Shown: positions 49,964 through 59,122 of the stretch, one piece after another
How the letters are laid out: each line of letters starts with the position of its first letter
Position numbering within the stretch: position 1 is the stretch's first letter
Source: a virus
IMG/VR virus record: IMGVR_UViG_3300012663_001306
Coordinates: 32,001 to 96,000 of that record
Direction: 5' to 3' (one strand)
Length of the DNA: 64,000 nucleotides
The notes under the pieces: generated by a model
What the model saw: only the letters and a program-made list of their open reading frames with translations
Databases searched by the model: none
Told to the model about the DNA's origin: nothing
Position numbers and translations under genes: made by a program

Positions 49964-49992
49964 TTGCATATTTGGTGTTTACATGTTATAAT
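49964..49992 (+). promoter_or_regulatory. Sigma70-type promoter with extended -10 upstream of the HNH gene
   Basis: TTGCAT-N17-TATAAT with TG at the extended -10 position; a TAAATA also lies at 50013-50018. Confidence 0.65.
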
Positions 49993-50025
49993 TTATGAAT
50001 GTAAAACCTCAATAAATAGAGTATC

Positions 50026-50547
50026 ATGGGATCAACATTAGTATTAAACACAGACGGAACACCGGTTTCTATGCTACCTTTGAGCGTAGTTCCTTGGGAA
50101 GAAGCTATCAAATATATGGTTTTGGACAAGGCACACGTTCTAGAATGGCACGATCATTGGATTGTTCACAGCGCAAATTGGCAAACTCCGGTTCCTGCCG
50201 TTATCATGTTACGCGAGTACATGAAAAAGAAAACAGGCATTCGTTTCAGCAAGGCCAATGTGTTTCTTCGTGACGGTTATGTTTGCCAATATTGTGGAGA
50301 TCAAACTAGTCGTAAAACAGCTACTTTAGATCACGTTGTTCCAACATCACACGGAGGTAAGACAACCTTTGAAAACACTGTTTGCGCCTGCGCTGATTGT
50401 AATGCTCGCAAAGGTAACAACAAGAAGATTGTTCCAAAGAAAATGCCTGTGAAGCCTACTTACTACCAATTGGTAGAAAAACGTAAGCACATGGAATTTG
50501 ATCTACGCCATCCAAGTTGGGCGGCATATTTAGGTGTTGATACCTAA
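50026..50547 (+). CDS. HNH endonuclease (McrA-like)
   Basis: RDGYVCQYCG..TLDHVVP..GG..ENTVCACADCNARKGN. Confidence 0.92.
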   Translation: MGSTLVLNTDGTPVSMLPLSVVPWEEAIKYMVLDKAHVLEWHDHWIVHSANWQTPVPAVIMLREYMKKKTGIRFSKANVFLRDGYVCQYCGDQTSRKTATLDHVVPTSHGGKTTFENTVCACADCNARKGNNKKIVPKKMPVKPTYYQLVEKRKHMEFDLRHPSWAAYLGVDT

Positions 50548-50549
50548 AC

Positions 50550-50575
50550 AAAAAGGGCTCTAAGAGCCCTTTTTT
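50550..50575. terminator. Bidirectional rho-independent terminator between convergent HNH and infA
   Basis: aaaaagggctc-taa-gagccctttttt. Confidence 0.88.
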
Positions 50576-50581
50576 ATTGCT

Positions 50582-50800
50582 TCACCGTTCTCTGTAAATT
50601 ACACGACCTTTGGTTAGATCGTATGGACTCATTTCTATTTTAACACGATCCCCTTGCAGGATCTGAATCCTATTTTGGCGCATACGCCCTGAAATTATTG
50701 CTGTAATTGTATGAGTATCTGTGATGCGTACTCTGAACATTGCATTAGGTAATACTTCCTCTACTTTACCTTCTAGCTGAATTAAATCTTCTTTGGCCAC
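50582..50800 (-). CDS. infA: Translation initiation factor IF-1
   Basis: [51 protein letters not shown]. Confidence 0.97.
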   Translation of the reverse strand: MAKEDLIQLEGKVEEVLPNAMFRVRITDTHTITAIISGRMRQNRIQILQGDRVKIEMSPYDLTKGRVIYRER

Positions 50801-50802
50801 GA

Positions 50803-51045
50803 TTAAACTGTTTCCCCTTTTAGTCCCTTAAGGATTAATGCTTTTGCTCTTGTATTTAGAGCTGCCTCTTCGGCTTCTTTAAGTTTCCACCCTATTAAAT
50901 TCATATATTCTACAAGTGCCACTTTACCGTCGTCTGTCCAATGACTATAGCCCTGTCCAATAGAGCTATGATAATAATATTTGCGGTCCTGCATTAATTC
51001 ACAGATCCCTCCAAACATTAAATCCTTGACTGCTTGTTTATCCAT
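50803..51045 (-). CDS. Hypothetical protein
   Basis: Start moved to ATG 51045 (MDKQAVKD), immediately after the ligase stop. Confidence 0.65.
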   Translation of the reverse strand: MDKQAVKDLMFGGICELMQDRKYYYHSSIGQGYSHWTDDGKVALVEYMNLIGWKLKEAEEAALNTRAKALILKGLKGETV

Positions 51046-51046
51046 T

Positions 51047-52351
51047 TTAGAGCTTTTCACCTGCAACAAAGCCTCGGAATTGAAGGAATCGCGGAAATCG
51101 TAGTGACCAAACGTCTTCACTATCTTGACTCCGAGTCGCCGCATCAGCCCGGACTTCAACGATTTGACCTTCGAGTGATTCTTTATCATTCCAATATTCA
51201 GTACGTTGGTCGTCAGTAAAACCCGATCCAACATTGACGCGAATAAATTTACCATCATCATTGCCTTCACAAATTAATGCGCCTAATCTTCCTTCGTTTT
51301 TTCCGGTACCTTCTTCAACGGCTACTACAGCCAGACTAACTTCGATAAATGGCTTCATCTTAAGCCAGCTAACACTACGCTTACATTCGTATTTTGCGTC
51401 AAGGTCTTTGATCATAATACCTTCATAGCCATCGGCAATTGCTTGTTTATTGTATTCTTTGAATTGAAGTTCACCTACATAAGAATCTAGATCTACTTCA
51501 ATTTGAGGAATAATGCCAATGCCTCCAATCTTTTCAAAGATTGCTTTCATGCCTTGTAGCATATTGCTACGGCGTTTCTGTCCCATTACACTTTTACCAG
51601 CTTTGAACTCGCTCAATGGAATAATGTCAAACACCATAAGAACTGCATCGTCACTTTTTACATCAGATTTACGATGTACCTGTTTCATTAATGCTTGGAA
51701 ACTTGTACTAATCATTTCACCGTCAAGAATAACACTACGTCCAATTAGGTCAATGTTATCTTCAATTGCTTTTGTAATATGACTGAAGTTTTCCAGTACT
51801 TTGCCGTTGCGAGTGTATTGTGTAACCGTGCGATTGTCCATATTAACAAAGGTTAGTACACGAACTCCGTCAAGTTTAGGTTCAAGGAGTTTCTTACCTG
51901 TAATTTTCTTTTCGTGGTTAGCACCGTCATGTGCTAGCATACATTCGAATACTGGGACAGCATTCTTTTTAATTTTGTTTACAGTCTTTTCACTCACACC
52001 GCATCGCAGGTCCTTGATAAGAATACGGCGGTACCAGTCGTTCCATTCGGACTGTGTGCTGGCGCTTAGGGCAAGTTCAATTGCATCTCGTGCATCATGC
52101 CCAGTGAGTTGTCTGGTGTATAACAAATGACACAGTTCTTTGAACGCTTCCCAAGGCAGTCCTTGTCCGTCCGGACCGCCATGTGTAGGAACTTTTTTCA
52201 CACCAAAAGTATAAAGGTTGTCAAGGGCCATACGCATACCCTCAAACAATTCCGTATTTTCCATATCGGCTTCTGATTTCAGAATGCCTTCTTTATTCAA
52301 ACGGCTAGGATGATCTTCTAGGATGCGGATAATTGCGGCGCAGTTACTCAT
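51047..52351 (-). CDS. lig: ATP-dependent DNA ligase
   Basis: EPKLDGVR (motif I), LDGEM, FDII, EGIMIK, WLKMK, VGSGF, LRFPRF. Confidence 0.95.
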   Translation of the reverse strand: MSNCAAIIRILEDHPSRLNKEGILKSEADMENTELFEGMRMALDNLYTFGVKKVPTHGGPDGQGLPWEAFKELCHLLYTRQLTGHDARDAIELALSASTQSEWNDWYRRILIKDLRCGVSEKTVNKIKKNAVPVFECMLAHDGANHEKKITGKKLLEPKLDGVRVLTFVNMDNRTVTQYTRNGKVLENFSHITKAIEDNIDLIGRSVILDGEMISTSFQALMKQVHRKSDVKSDDAVLMVFDIIPLSEFKAGKSVMGQKRRSNMLQGMKAIFEKIGGIGIIPQIEVDLDSYVGELQFKEYNKQAIADGYEGIMIKDLDAKYECKRSVSWLKMKPFIEVSLAVVAVEEGTGKNEGRLGALICEGNDDGKFIRVNVGSGFTDDQRTEYWNDKESLEGQIVEVRADAATRSQDSEDVWSLRFPRFLQFRGFVAGEKL

Positions 52352-52382
52352 ATTAATCTAACTTATTTGTTACGATAACACT

Positions 52383-52411
52383 ATTATACAATATTTTGGA
52401 TCAAGTGTCAA
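52383..52411 (-). promoter_or_regulatory. Perfect sigma70 consensus promoter for the ligase-infA unit
   Basis: Minus strand TTGACA (52411-52406), 17-nt spacer, TATAAT (52388-52383). Confidence 0.85.
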
Positions 52412-53153
52412 GGCCGATTTTACCATTCTTCTTAAAGAATTTTTCTAAAATTATGCCCAAAACATCATATTTGTGGAACCGCGCATCACCGGGACGATCG
52501 TGGTGATTCTTATGCCATGCTTCGCCCCCAACAAATAAGTTAACCCAGACTCTATTACTTGGAATGTCTTTGGCCCAATCATGTGTCCATGTGTTAATAA
52601 ATCCTTCAAAGTGAAATACTATAGCAATTGGTGCCCAAAATAATGCAAGTGCTAAATTAAAAGGCAATAGGAATAGTGAGCCTACAAGGATAGGAACATA
52701 TATCCAATAGTAGTACTTGTGCCATACTGCATGATGTGTCTTAAACAGGGTTGCAACAGATCTTGGATCAATTTTACTAAATCCATATCCAAAAATTTGT
52801 ACATACCATACACCCATAATTTTAGGGCTATGTGGGTCTTTATCGTTACCTTGGAATCTATGATGCTGTCTGTGTACTGCCGCCCAACTCAATGCACTTC
52901 CTTGCATACTAAGGCCGGCAACAAACAATCCTATAAATTCTAACCAACGAGGTAGTTGTACTGCATTGTGACTAATTGACCTATGATAAGTCATGCTTAT
53001 TCCGATTATTGCAATTATATAATGCATTGCTAATGATAACAATAATAATTGCCATTGTAATGTTATTATTAGATATGCTAGAGCAATGTGTCCTAGTGCT
53101 ACCCACATATAGCCGTATACTCTACCGGCTGTTAATTCTTGAAATTGTTTCAT
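52401..53153 (-). CDS. Membrane fatty acid desaturase (delta-9/OLE1-like)
   Basis: His boxes HRSISH, HRQHH, HKNHH; hydrophobic segments. Confidence 0.9.
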   Translation of the reverse strand: MKQFQELTAGRVYGYMWVALGHIALAYLIITLQWQLLLLSLAMHYIIAIIGISMTYHRSISHNAVQLPRWLEFIGLFVAGLSMQGSALSWAAVHRQHHRFQGNDKDPHSPKIMGVWYVQIFGYGFSKIDPRSVATLFKTHHAVWHKYYYWIYVPILVGSLFLLPFNLALALFWAPIAIVFHFEGFINTWTHDWAKDIPSNRVWVNLFVGGEAWHKNHHDRPGDARFHKYDVLGIILEKFFKKNGKIGLDT

Positions 53154-53899
53154 TTTTTAATCAGTCGAATAATTAACGCAGGAATATCCCATTCCCACCA
53201 CTTCTCCCAATTGCTCCATGCATAAGGTTTAGCATGGTGATTGTTGTGCCAGCCTTCGCCCAAAGTAATTAAATTTGCAATCCAACTATTACGACTTTCG
53301 TCATGTTTCAGATCGTAAGTTTTATAGCCATGTCGATGAGCTATAACAATAATAGAACTACTACTGTGCAAGCACAAAGATGCAGGTAGTGCATATACAA
53401 AAATAACAAACCAAGGATTAATTAATGCTAGGAGCAAACAATACATTACAATGATAGCAAGATAGTTTTTATGCAACCAGCGTTGGAATGCATTTCTTCT
53501 AAAATCTCGAATAAGTTTGACTTCTAATTTTGTAGTATTCCAAAAGCCAAACCATGCTTTTAAGTTTCCTAACAAATAAGGGCTATGCGGATCACCATCC
53601 CGTTCACATGCTCGATGGTGTTGTCTATGAATTGTAACCCAGGCTAGCGGGCTTCCTACTGTTGTAATAACTCCAATTAAACTTAGTATTTTTTCTAATA
53701 TTGTAGATGTCTTAAAACTTCTATGACTTAGTAGTCTGTGATATCCTATGTTAATTCCAAGTACTCCAATAATCCAATATGTTATAAGAGATATTAACAA
53801 TAGATAGTACTGGCCAGTCATAAAAACCATAGCTATGCCCACTATAGATATAATATGATTCAAGATTTGGAGGCCGCGCACCGTTTGATTATGTGTCAT
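53150..53899 (-). CDS. Membrane fatty acid desaturase (delta-9/OLE1-like)
   Basis: HRLLSH, HRQHH, GEGWHNNHH; start moved to ATG 53899 (TAAGTA 5 nt upstream, avoids overlap with the divergent gene). Confidence 0.92.
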   Translation of the reverse strand: MTHNQTVRGLQILNHIISIVGIAMVFMTGQYYLLLISLITYWIIGVLGINIGYHRLLSHRSFKTSTILEKILSLIGVITTVGSPLAWVTIHRQHHRACERDGDPHSPYLLGNLKAWFGFWNTTKLEVKLIRDFRRNAFQRWLHKNYLAIIVMYCLLLALINPWFVIFVYALPASLCLHSSSSIIVIAHRHGYKTYDLKHDESRNSWIANLITLGEGWHNNHHAKPYAWSNWEKWWEWDIPALIIRLIKK

Positions 53900-53944
53900 A
53901 TCCATACTTATCCGTATAGTAAATAGGTGTCCATAAATATTGGT

Positions 53945-54475
53945 ATGATCAACCAGAAAGAGTTTATTGAAAATTTTATCAAACATAAAGATACAGTTAT
54001 CAACGAATACATTGCGTGTCCTAGAAAAAGTATTCCATTATACGGGTTTGATGGATCCGGTAAACCGTTAACAGAATGGCGTACTGTAACACTTTGGTGG
54101 GATAAAGAACCTTGGCGTATTTTTCAAAAGTATTTTCCCTTCACTACTGACCTAGTTAGAACTGGTCCCACTCACCAAGGAACTGGGTGGCTTATTTTAG
54201 AGCCCAACTCTCGCACACCCGAACATAATCATATAAGTTGGGGACATAAGATCATTGTTCATTTACCTACAGAAATTCCAGAAGGCGATACAGGATTTTG
54301 GGTAGAAGGCAAAGTTCATAGGTGGAAAATGGGGGAGTTATTTGCATTTGATGCAAATAAAGCTCATTACGGGTTTAATAATACAGGCAACCCGCGTTCT
54401 ATTTTTGTAATGGAATTTGACTACAACGAATGGATTGATACCCTGCGCCCGTATATGCTATTAGACAGAGAATGA
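53945..54475 (+). CDS. Aspartyl/asparaginyl beta-hydroxylase-like (LpxO-related) 2OG/Fe enzyme
   Basis: [28 protein letters not shown]; start ATG 53945, TAAATA 5 nt upstream. Confidence 0.78.
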   Translation: MINQKEFIENFIKHKDTVINEYIACPRKSIPLYGFDGSGKPLTEWRTVTLWWDKEPWRIFQKYFPFTTDLVRTGPTHQGTGWLILEPNSRTPEHNHISWGHKIIVHLPTEIPEGDTGFWVEGKVHRWKMGELFAFDANKAHYGFNNTGNPRSIFVMEFDYNEWIDTLRPYMLLDRE

Positions 54476-54790
54476 ACTACCGCATCCGCAGGTTGTTTCG
54501 GCATTAGGATTTGTAATACTAAAATTACTACCCATTAAGTCTTCTTTGTAATCAATAATTGAGCCTTGCAGGTATTGAATACTCATACTATCTATTAAAA
54601 ATCTTACACTGTTTTTTTCAATCATAAAGTCATCTTCATTCTGGATTTCGTCAAATGTAAATCCGTATTGAAATCCACTGCATCCGCCGCCTTGAACAAA
54701 TACACGTAGCATTAGCAACGGGTTTGCCTCATCAATAATTAAATCTTTAACTTTATCAGCACACTTATCTGTAATTTCAAGTTGTTGCAT
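54461..54790 (-). CDS. erpA: Fe-S cluster insertion protein ErpA
   Basis: [37 protein letters not shown]. Confidence 0.9.
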   Translation of the reverse strand: MQQLEITDKCADKVKDLIIDEANPLLMLRVFVQGGGCSGFQYGFTFDEIQNEDDFMIEKNSVRFLIDSMSIQYLQGSIIDYKEDLMGSNFSITNPNAETTCGCGSSFSV

Positions 54791-55160
54791 GTTTTTTCCT
54801 ATAATCTTCTACTGCGGCTTTGATTGCGTCTTCTGCTAAAATACTGCAATGTATTTTAACTGGAGGTAATGCTAGTTCTTCTGCGATTTGGGAATTTTTA
54901 AGGTTAACAGCATCATTAATATGCATACCCTTAACCCACTCTGTAACCAACGACGAACTGGCGATTGCTGAACCACAGCCATATGTCTTGAAACGAGCAT
55001 CTCTAATAATACCATCTTCGTCTACCTTTATTTGTAATTTCATTACATCGCCACACGCAGGAGCGCCGACCATGCCGGTTCCAACTGTATCGTCAATTTC
55101 AAACTTACCTACATTTCTTGGGTTTTCGTAATGATCAATAACTTTATCTGAATATGCCAT
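54777..55160 (-). CDS. iscU: Fe-S cluster scaffold IscU
   Basis: [48 protein letters not shown]. Confidence 0.96.
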   Translation of the reverse strand: MAYSDKVIDHYENPRNVGKFEIDDTVGTGMVGAPACGDVMKLQIKVDEDGIIRDARFKTYGCGSAIASSSLVTEWVKGMHINDAVNLKNSQIAEELALPPVKIHCSILAEDAIKAAVEDYRKKHATT

Positions 55161-55191
55161 TGGGGGTTCCTATGAGTAATTAGTGCCAACA

Positions 55192-55213
55192 TGCTATTTA
55201 CACGTAAATAGCA
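55192..55213. promoter_or_regulatory. Palindromic back-to-back late promoters between iscU and iscA
   Basis: tgctatttac-ac-gtaaatagca: perfect 10-bp inverted repeat, each arm reading TAAATA outward. Confidence 0.7.
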
Positions 55214-55215
55214 GT

Positions 55216-55542
55216 ATGATAACTATTACCGAAACCGCTAGAAACAAAATACTTAAATTGCTGGCAAAAAGAGGAAAAGGAGTAGGAATCCGTCTGGGTG
55301 TAAAAACTACAGGATGCAGTGGGCTGGCATATACTTTAGAATATGTAGATGAATACACTATAGAAAACGGTATTACTAATTATGCACAACAGGATTTTGT
55401 AGTTTTAGTAGATGCAAAGTCTGATGCTTACTTAAAAGGCATGACAGTTGATTGGGCAAGAAACGGTCTTAATGAAGGATTTGAATTTAAGAATCCCAAT
55501 GAGAGAGATAAGTGCGGGTGTGGAGAATCTTTTAGAGTTTAA
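55216..55542 (+). CDS. iscA: Fe-S cluster assembly protein IscA
   Basis: RGKGVGIRLGVKTTGCSGLAY..GLNEGFEFKNPNERDKCGCGESF; start moved to ATG 55216. Confidence 0.93.
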   Translation: MITITETARNKILKLLAKRGKGVGIRLGVKTTGCSGLAYTLEYVDEYTIENGITNYAQQDFVVLVDAKSDAYLKGMTVDWARNGLNEGFEFKNPNERDKCGCGESFRV

Positions 55543-56009
55543 TCAAATTCTTCTAAAGAAAATGTAATACTTGCCCGTGGACTATCCGGTATAGCACAAT
55601 GTAATAATCCTGGAAGGATATATAACATTTGATTTTCTTGTAATACAAATTTAGAATCTTCAACTTGCCATAACGTATCGCCTATTATTTGCCATACCCA
55701 TAAATGTTGTCCAGGATCTTTATGTAAATCAAATGTTTTACTAGTTGGTGTTGTTCCTGCATATAGTCCTGCTCTAGCATAATAATTTGGTAACAATGGT
55801 TGTAGAAAATCCAGTACATCTTTACAATACGGATCTTGATCTAATCCACCTAACGTAAATCCACCTTCTCCAAAATTTCTATAATACAGTTTGTTTATGC
55901 TTGTTTGATGTTTGACCAAAGAATGTATTTTATCCCATGTCCATTTGTTAGAATCTAACGTGTGGTCTACAACTCCCCAACGGACATTGAAAGATGTAGT
56001 ATCAATCAT
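55539..56009 (-). CDS. Minimal JmjC/ROX-like cupin oxygenase
   Basis: FDLHKD..WQIIG..W..L..MLYILPGLLHCA (HxD..H triad). Confidence 0.75.
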   Translation of the reverse strand: MIDTTSFNVRWGVVDHTLDSNKWTWDKIHSLVKHQTSINKLYYRNFGEGGFTLGGLDQDPYCKDVLDFLQPLLPNYYARAGLYAGTTPTSKTFDLHKDPGQHLWVWQIIGDTLWQVEDSKFVLQENQMLYILPGLLHCAIPDSPRASITFSLEEFD

Positions 56010-56758
56010 AACTCTTCTTCAACTCGATCCCAAAATAATATTCTAGCTTTAATAGCTTCAACAGCAGTCTGCTCTGCTTCTACTATTTTAGTAGGGCTGT
56101 AATCGCACAGTTCGTTAATTAAGTTCAGTGCGGCCGGCCCATGTTCTTCTCCGTCAACTTCTATATGCCTATCTAAATAATATAAAAATCTGTTAGCGTT
56201 CAATGAATTAATATCAAGCTGATTTACGAGTCTTCTAAACATTTGCGGAATAACAGTTTCTCGGCCGTAAGTAAAGGCGGCGGCAATTTCATGTGCTTTG
56301 CCGCGTCTAATGATAGTAAAGGTAGAATTCATAAATTCTTTGCTAGGTGCAGGAATATATATGTTATCTAATGCCCAATCTAATCCGTTAGTTTCTACTG
56401 AGCTTAGGAAATTGGTTATAGGTGCAACATTTGCTCCAATTTCTAACATAGCCTGGCAGTAAAGATCAAAATGGGATAAGTGATTACCGTTAAACGGATC
56501 AACATCACTTTCTTCTGCTAAAATAATTTCGTTGATCAACCTACTGGATGTACGCTGTATCCTAGTAGGAATCCAAAGGTCACCGCTTGGGCATATTCTA
56601 TGTTGTAGTGCTTTAGCAAGACTCATAAAATCCCATACAGCATACACATGATGTTCCATGAATATCCGTAGATCTTCAATTGATTGAATTGTGTTGGTTA
56701 CCAGTAAAGAATGATTCTCTAACAGTACCCTATGTTGTTCAATTATTGACTGGCGCAT
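56006..56758 (-). CDS. DUF3050 family heme-oxygenase-like (putative di-iron) protein
   Basis: FMEHHVYAVWDFMSL, LINEIILAEESD, SHFDLY..AM, GRETVIP, YLDRHIEVDGEEHGP. Confidence 0.85.
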   Translation of the reverse strand: MRQSIIEQHRVLLENHSLLVTNTIQSIEDLRIFMEHHVYAVWDFMSLAKALQHRICPSGDLWIPTRIQRTSSRLINEIILAEESDVDPFNGNHLSHFDLYCQAMLEIGANVAPITNFLSSVETNGLDWALDNIYIPAPSKEFMNSTFTIIRRGKAHEIAAAFTYGRETVIPQMFRRLVNQLDINSLNANRFLYYLDRHIEVDGEEHGPAALNLINELCDYSPTKIVEAEQTAVEAIKARILFWDRVEEEL

Positions 56759-58067
56759 TTATAGATTCTATCCCCATTTCTAGCAACTCTACTTCTTGTC
56801 CAAATAATAATTCAAAGGCTTTGTGCTGTATGGCGCCGTTCCATACTTTTTCTACTCTACAGTTTTGTAGGAACACGTTATCTGGGAATGTTATAGGACA
56901 ACTAGACTTGCACAGTCTACGTACACTACAATCAGAACAATGAGTTTTCTTTCTGTTAAGATCTAATTGTATAATGCGGATGCCTTTTAAGTTATCAATT
57001 TTACCTGCAATAAATTTTTCGCTTGTATGCGGACACAGTCTTACATTTCCTTGGACATCAACTGATAGCACATCTTCGGCATCTGCTCCACACCCTGTTG
57101 TCATTGTTACAGGTACTTGATGTTTAAGTGTGGCAGCATAGTCAAGAACTCCGCCCTTGCCATCAAATATATTTGTTTCTAAGAACTCTCGATTTTTATT
57201 TCTTCCGTGAGTCTTTAGTTGTTTAATGCACTCGTCAATATAGCTATTCATTGTATGTTTGAAGTTTGCTAGGTCTTCTCCAGATATAACATGATCAGCA
57301 CTATTTTGTGAATTAGTCTCGTCATAAATTCTAGCCATTGTATAACTTAATTTGACATTTTTAAGATTGAGTTTTTCTGCAACATCTCTAAAATATTTGT
57401 TAATGCCAAACATATCATAGTTGGTTAAACTTATAACAGTATTAAAGCTAAACTGTACATGAGGATACATGGTGTCTAATCGTTGCAATGTTTTAGCCAC
57501 ACTAGACTTATCAAATATGTCTTCGCCACGTAAAGATTCTTGTCCAGGACCGTCGTGGCTTATTCCCATAGTAATTTTTGATTCTAGCGTCTCAAAAAAG
57601 TCAGCATGTTTATCTCTTAGTGGACTACCATTAGTAGATATATAGAAATGACGTCCTGCTTTATCTAAGTGTTTCATAACTGGCATTATGTCATTCCAAT
57701 ATAGGAACGGTTCTCCGCCCCAAAGCTCTATGCGTTCTAAGTTTTCAAGGTCAAGATAAGTATCGATTGATTTAATAAATGCATCCAGATTGGTGTTCTT
57801 TTTTTGCTCTTCTGGATTACCAATGTCTTTCTGCATACAGTAAGAGCAACTATAGTTACAGGCCTGCCCAAACAAAATACGAATAGCTGTTGGCTTATTA
57901 CTTTTCTTTCTAGAGCCATGCACTTTGCTAGCTTCTTCATAGAAAGAAATATCTTTCTCCGGAGGAAGCGTTAATGGTTCGCCTAGTTCGTTGTATATGG
58001 CATTATTATTAATTTCATAATAGATAATGCTGTTTGATTGTTTTAATCTAAATTTGGAATAGCTCAT
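56739..58067 (-). CDS. Radical SAM/SPASM domain protein
   Basis: CNYSCSYC, LWGGEP, STNG, ISHDG; SPASM cysteines GCG..C..CSDC..C..C..C. Confidence 0.93.
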   Translation of the reverse strand: MSYSKFRLKQSNSIIYYEINNNAIYNELGEPLTLPPEKDISFYEEASKVHGSRKKSNKPTAIRILFGQACNYSCSYCMQKDIGNPEEQKKNTNLDAFIKSIDTYLDLENLERIELWGGEPFLYWNDIMPVMKHLDKAGRHFYISTNGSPLRDKHADFFETLESKITMGISHDGPGQESLRGEDIFDKSSVAKTLQRLDTMYPHVQFSFNTVISLTNYDMFGINKYFRDVAEKLNLKNVKLSYTMARIYDETNSQNSADHVISGEDLANFKHTMNSYIDECIKQLKTHGRNKNREFLETNIFDGKGGVLDYAATLKHQVPVTMTTGCGADAEDVLSVDVQGNVRLCPHTSEKFIAGKIDNLKGIRIIQLDLNRKKTHCSDCSVRRLCKSSCPITFPDNVFLQNCRVEKVWNGAIQHKAFELLFGQEVELLEMGIESINAPVNN

Positions 58068-59122
58068 ATTTTACTTATTATTGGTATAACCTGGTCTGTT
58101 TTTAACATTCCAAATTTTGTCATTGTCCACCCTAGCTCTTGAAGTTTATAAAAAAATCTCGACTTGTTAGTATACATGTAGTATGGTATAAAAGTAAAGT
58201 TTTTATTAACGGTGTATTCTAAGGTTGTTTTGTAGTATTCTCTAAACTTTGGATTGATAACTCTATTTTTCCAACTATCGTAATGGTATTGTTTGCTCGT
58301 AAGCATATCAGTCATAAAGCTAGAATGATCAAACCCGTTAGTAATTAAATGAAACGGATCAATAGTTAAATTACTAGCATCGTCGCTTGAAAAATAAAAT
58401 CTATCGTTATATAGATGTATAGACTCCCTATAAATTTGCATCAATCCGCTATTGTCGTTTACAACCCACGTATTTTGATATTCGGCATAGTCTTGTTCTA
58501 ATATTTCTCTGTTGTTTGTTCTAAAATCGTGATGCACACAATTATGTAATCTATGCTTTTTAGTAAATTCAATTAACTCTTTGAAGATAGTAGGATTACC
58601 GCAGTCTATATATTTGATTTTTTGTATTCCGTACTTATCGTATAGTTTACCTAATGTATCAAGTACTTTATCAACACCCACTTGTTCTAAAAATTCTGTG
58701 CTTATAGAGATATCGCCCAGGGTTTTTATCTTAATATCTAAGTCAAGTATTCGGAAGATTGCGTTATCAGTAATACATACTTCAAACAGGTGTCCGTGGG
58801 TTTGATACCATTTGTAGTGGTTAGGAAAATTATATTTTAGATAATACAAGTCATCATTTGTCCTAACAGATCCAAAGTAATCAAATATTTCAAACCACGT
58901 AGATTGCAAACTAAAATCATCTGTAAAAATTTCATTTACTAAATCTTTAGTTTTAGCCAAATTGTCTTTTATGTAACATACTTTACAACCTGCGCCACAA
59001 TAGTATCTTTTACCTAAACTAAAATACAAGTCGTGATCAAGAGAACGAAGGCAATCTTCCTTAATCCAATAGTCAGCTAAACTATCGTAGCCGTCAAAAT
59101 TATCTCTGTTTGTATTTTGCAT
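58064..59122 (-). CDS. Divergent radical SAM-like protein without SPASM
   Basis: YYCGAGCKVCY (CxxxCxxC), ITDN, ISIS; no GGEP and no C-terminal Cys cluster; start ATG 59122 (TAAATA 6 nt upstream). Confidence 0.65.
   Translation of the reverse strand: MQNTNRDNFDGYDSLADYWIKEDCLRSLDHDLYFSLGKRYYCGAGCKVCYIKDNLAKTKDLVNEIFTDDFSLQSTWFEIFDYFGSVRTNDDLYYLKYNFPNHYKWYQTHGHLFEVCITDNAIFRILDLDIKIKTLGDISISTEFLEQVGVDKVLDTLGKLYDKYGIQKIKYIDCGNPTIFKELIEFTKKHRLHNCVHHDFRTNNREILEQDYAEYQNTWVVNDNSGLMQIYRESIHLYNDRFYFSSDDASNLTIDPFHLITNGFDHSSFMTDMLTSKQYHYDSWKNRVINPKFREYYKTTLEYTVNKNFTFIPYYMYTNKSRFFYKLQELGWTMTKFGMLKTDQVIPIISKI

Noticed and set aside
4721-55542. Longest-ORF starts in the track (5980, 8000, 9097, 38674, 39066, 51270, 53986, 53927, 55183)
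   Set aside because: They create long overlaps or run through promoter motifs; downstream ATGs fit coupling, SD or TAAATA spacing better
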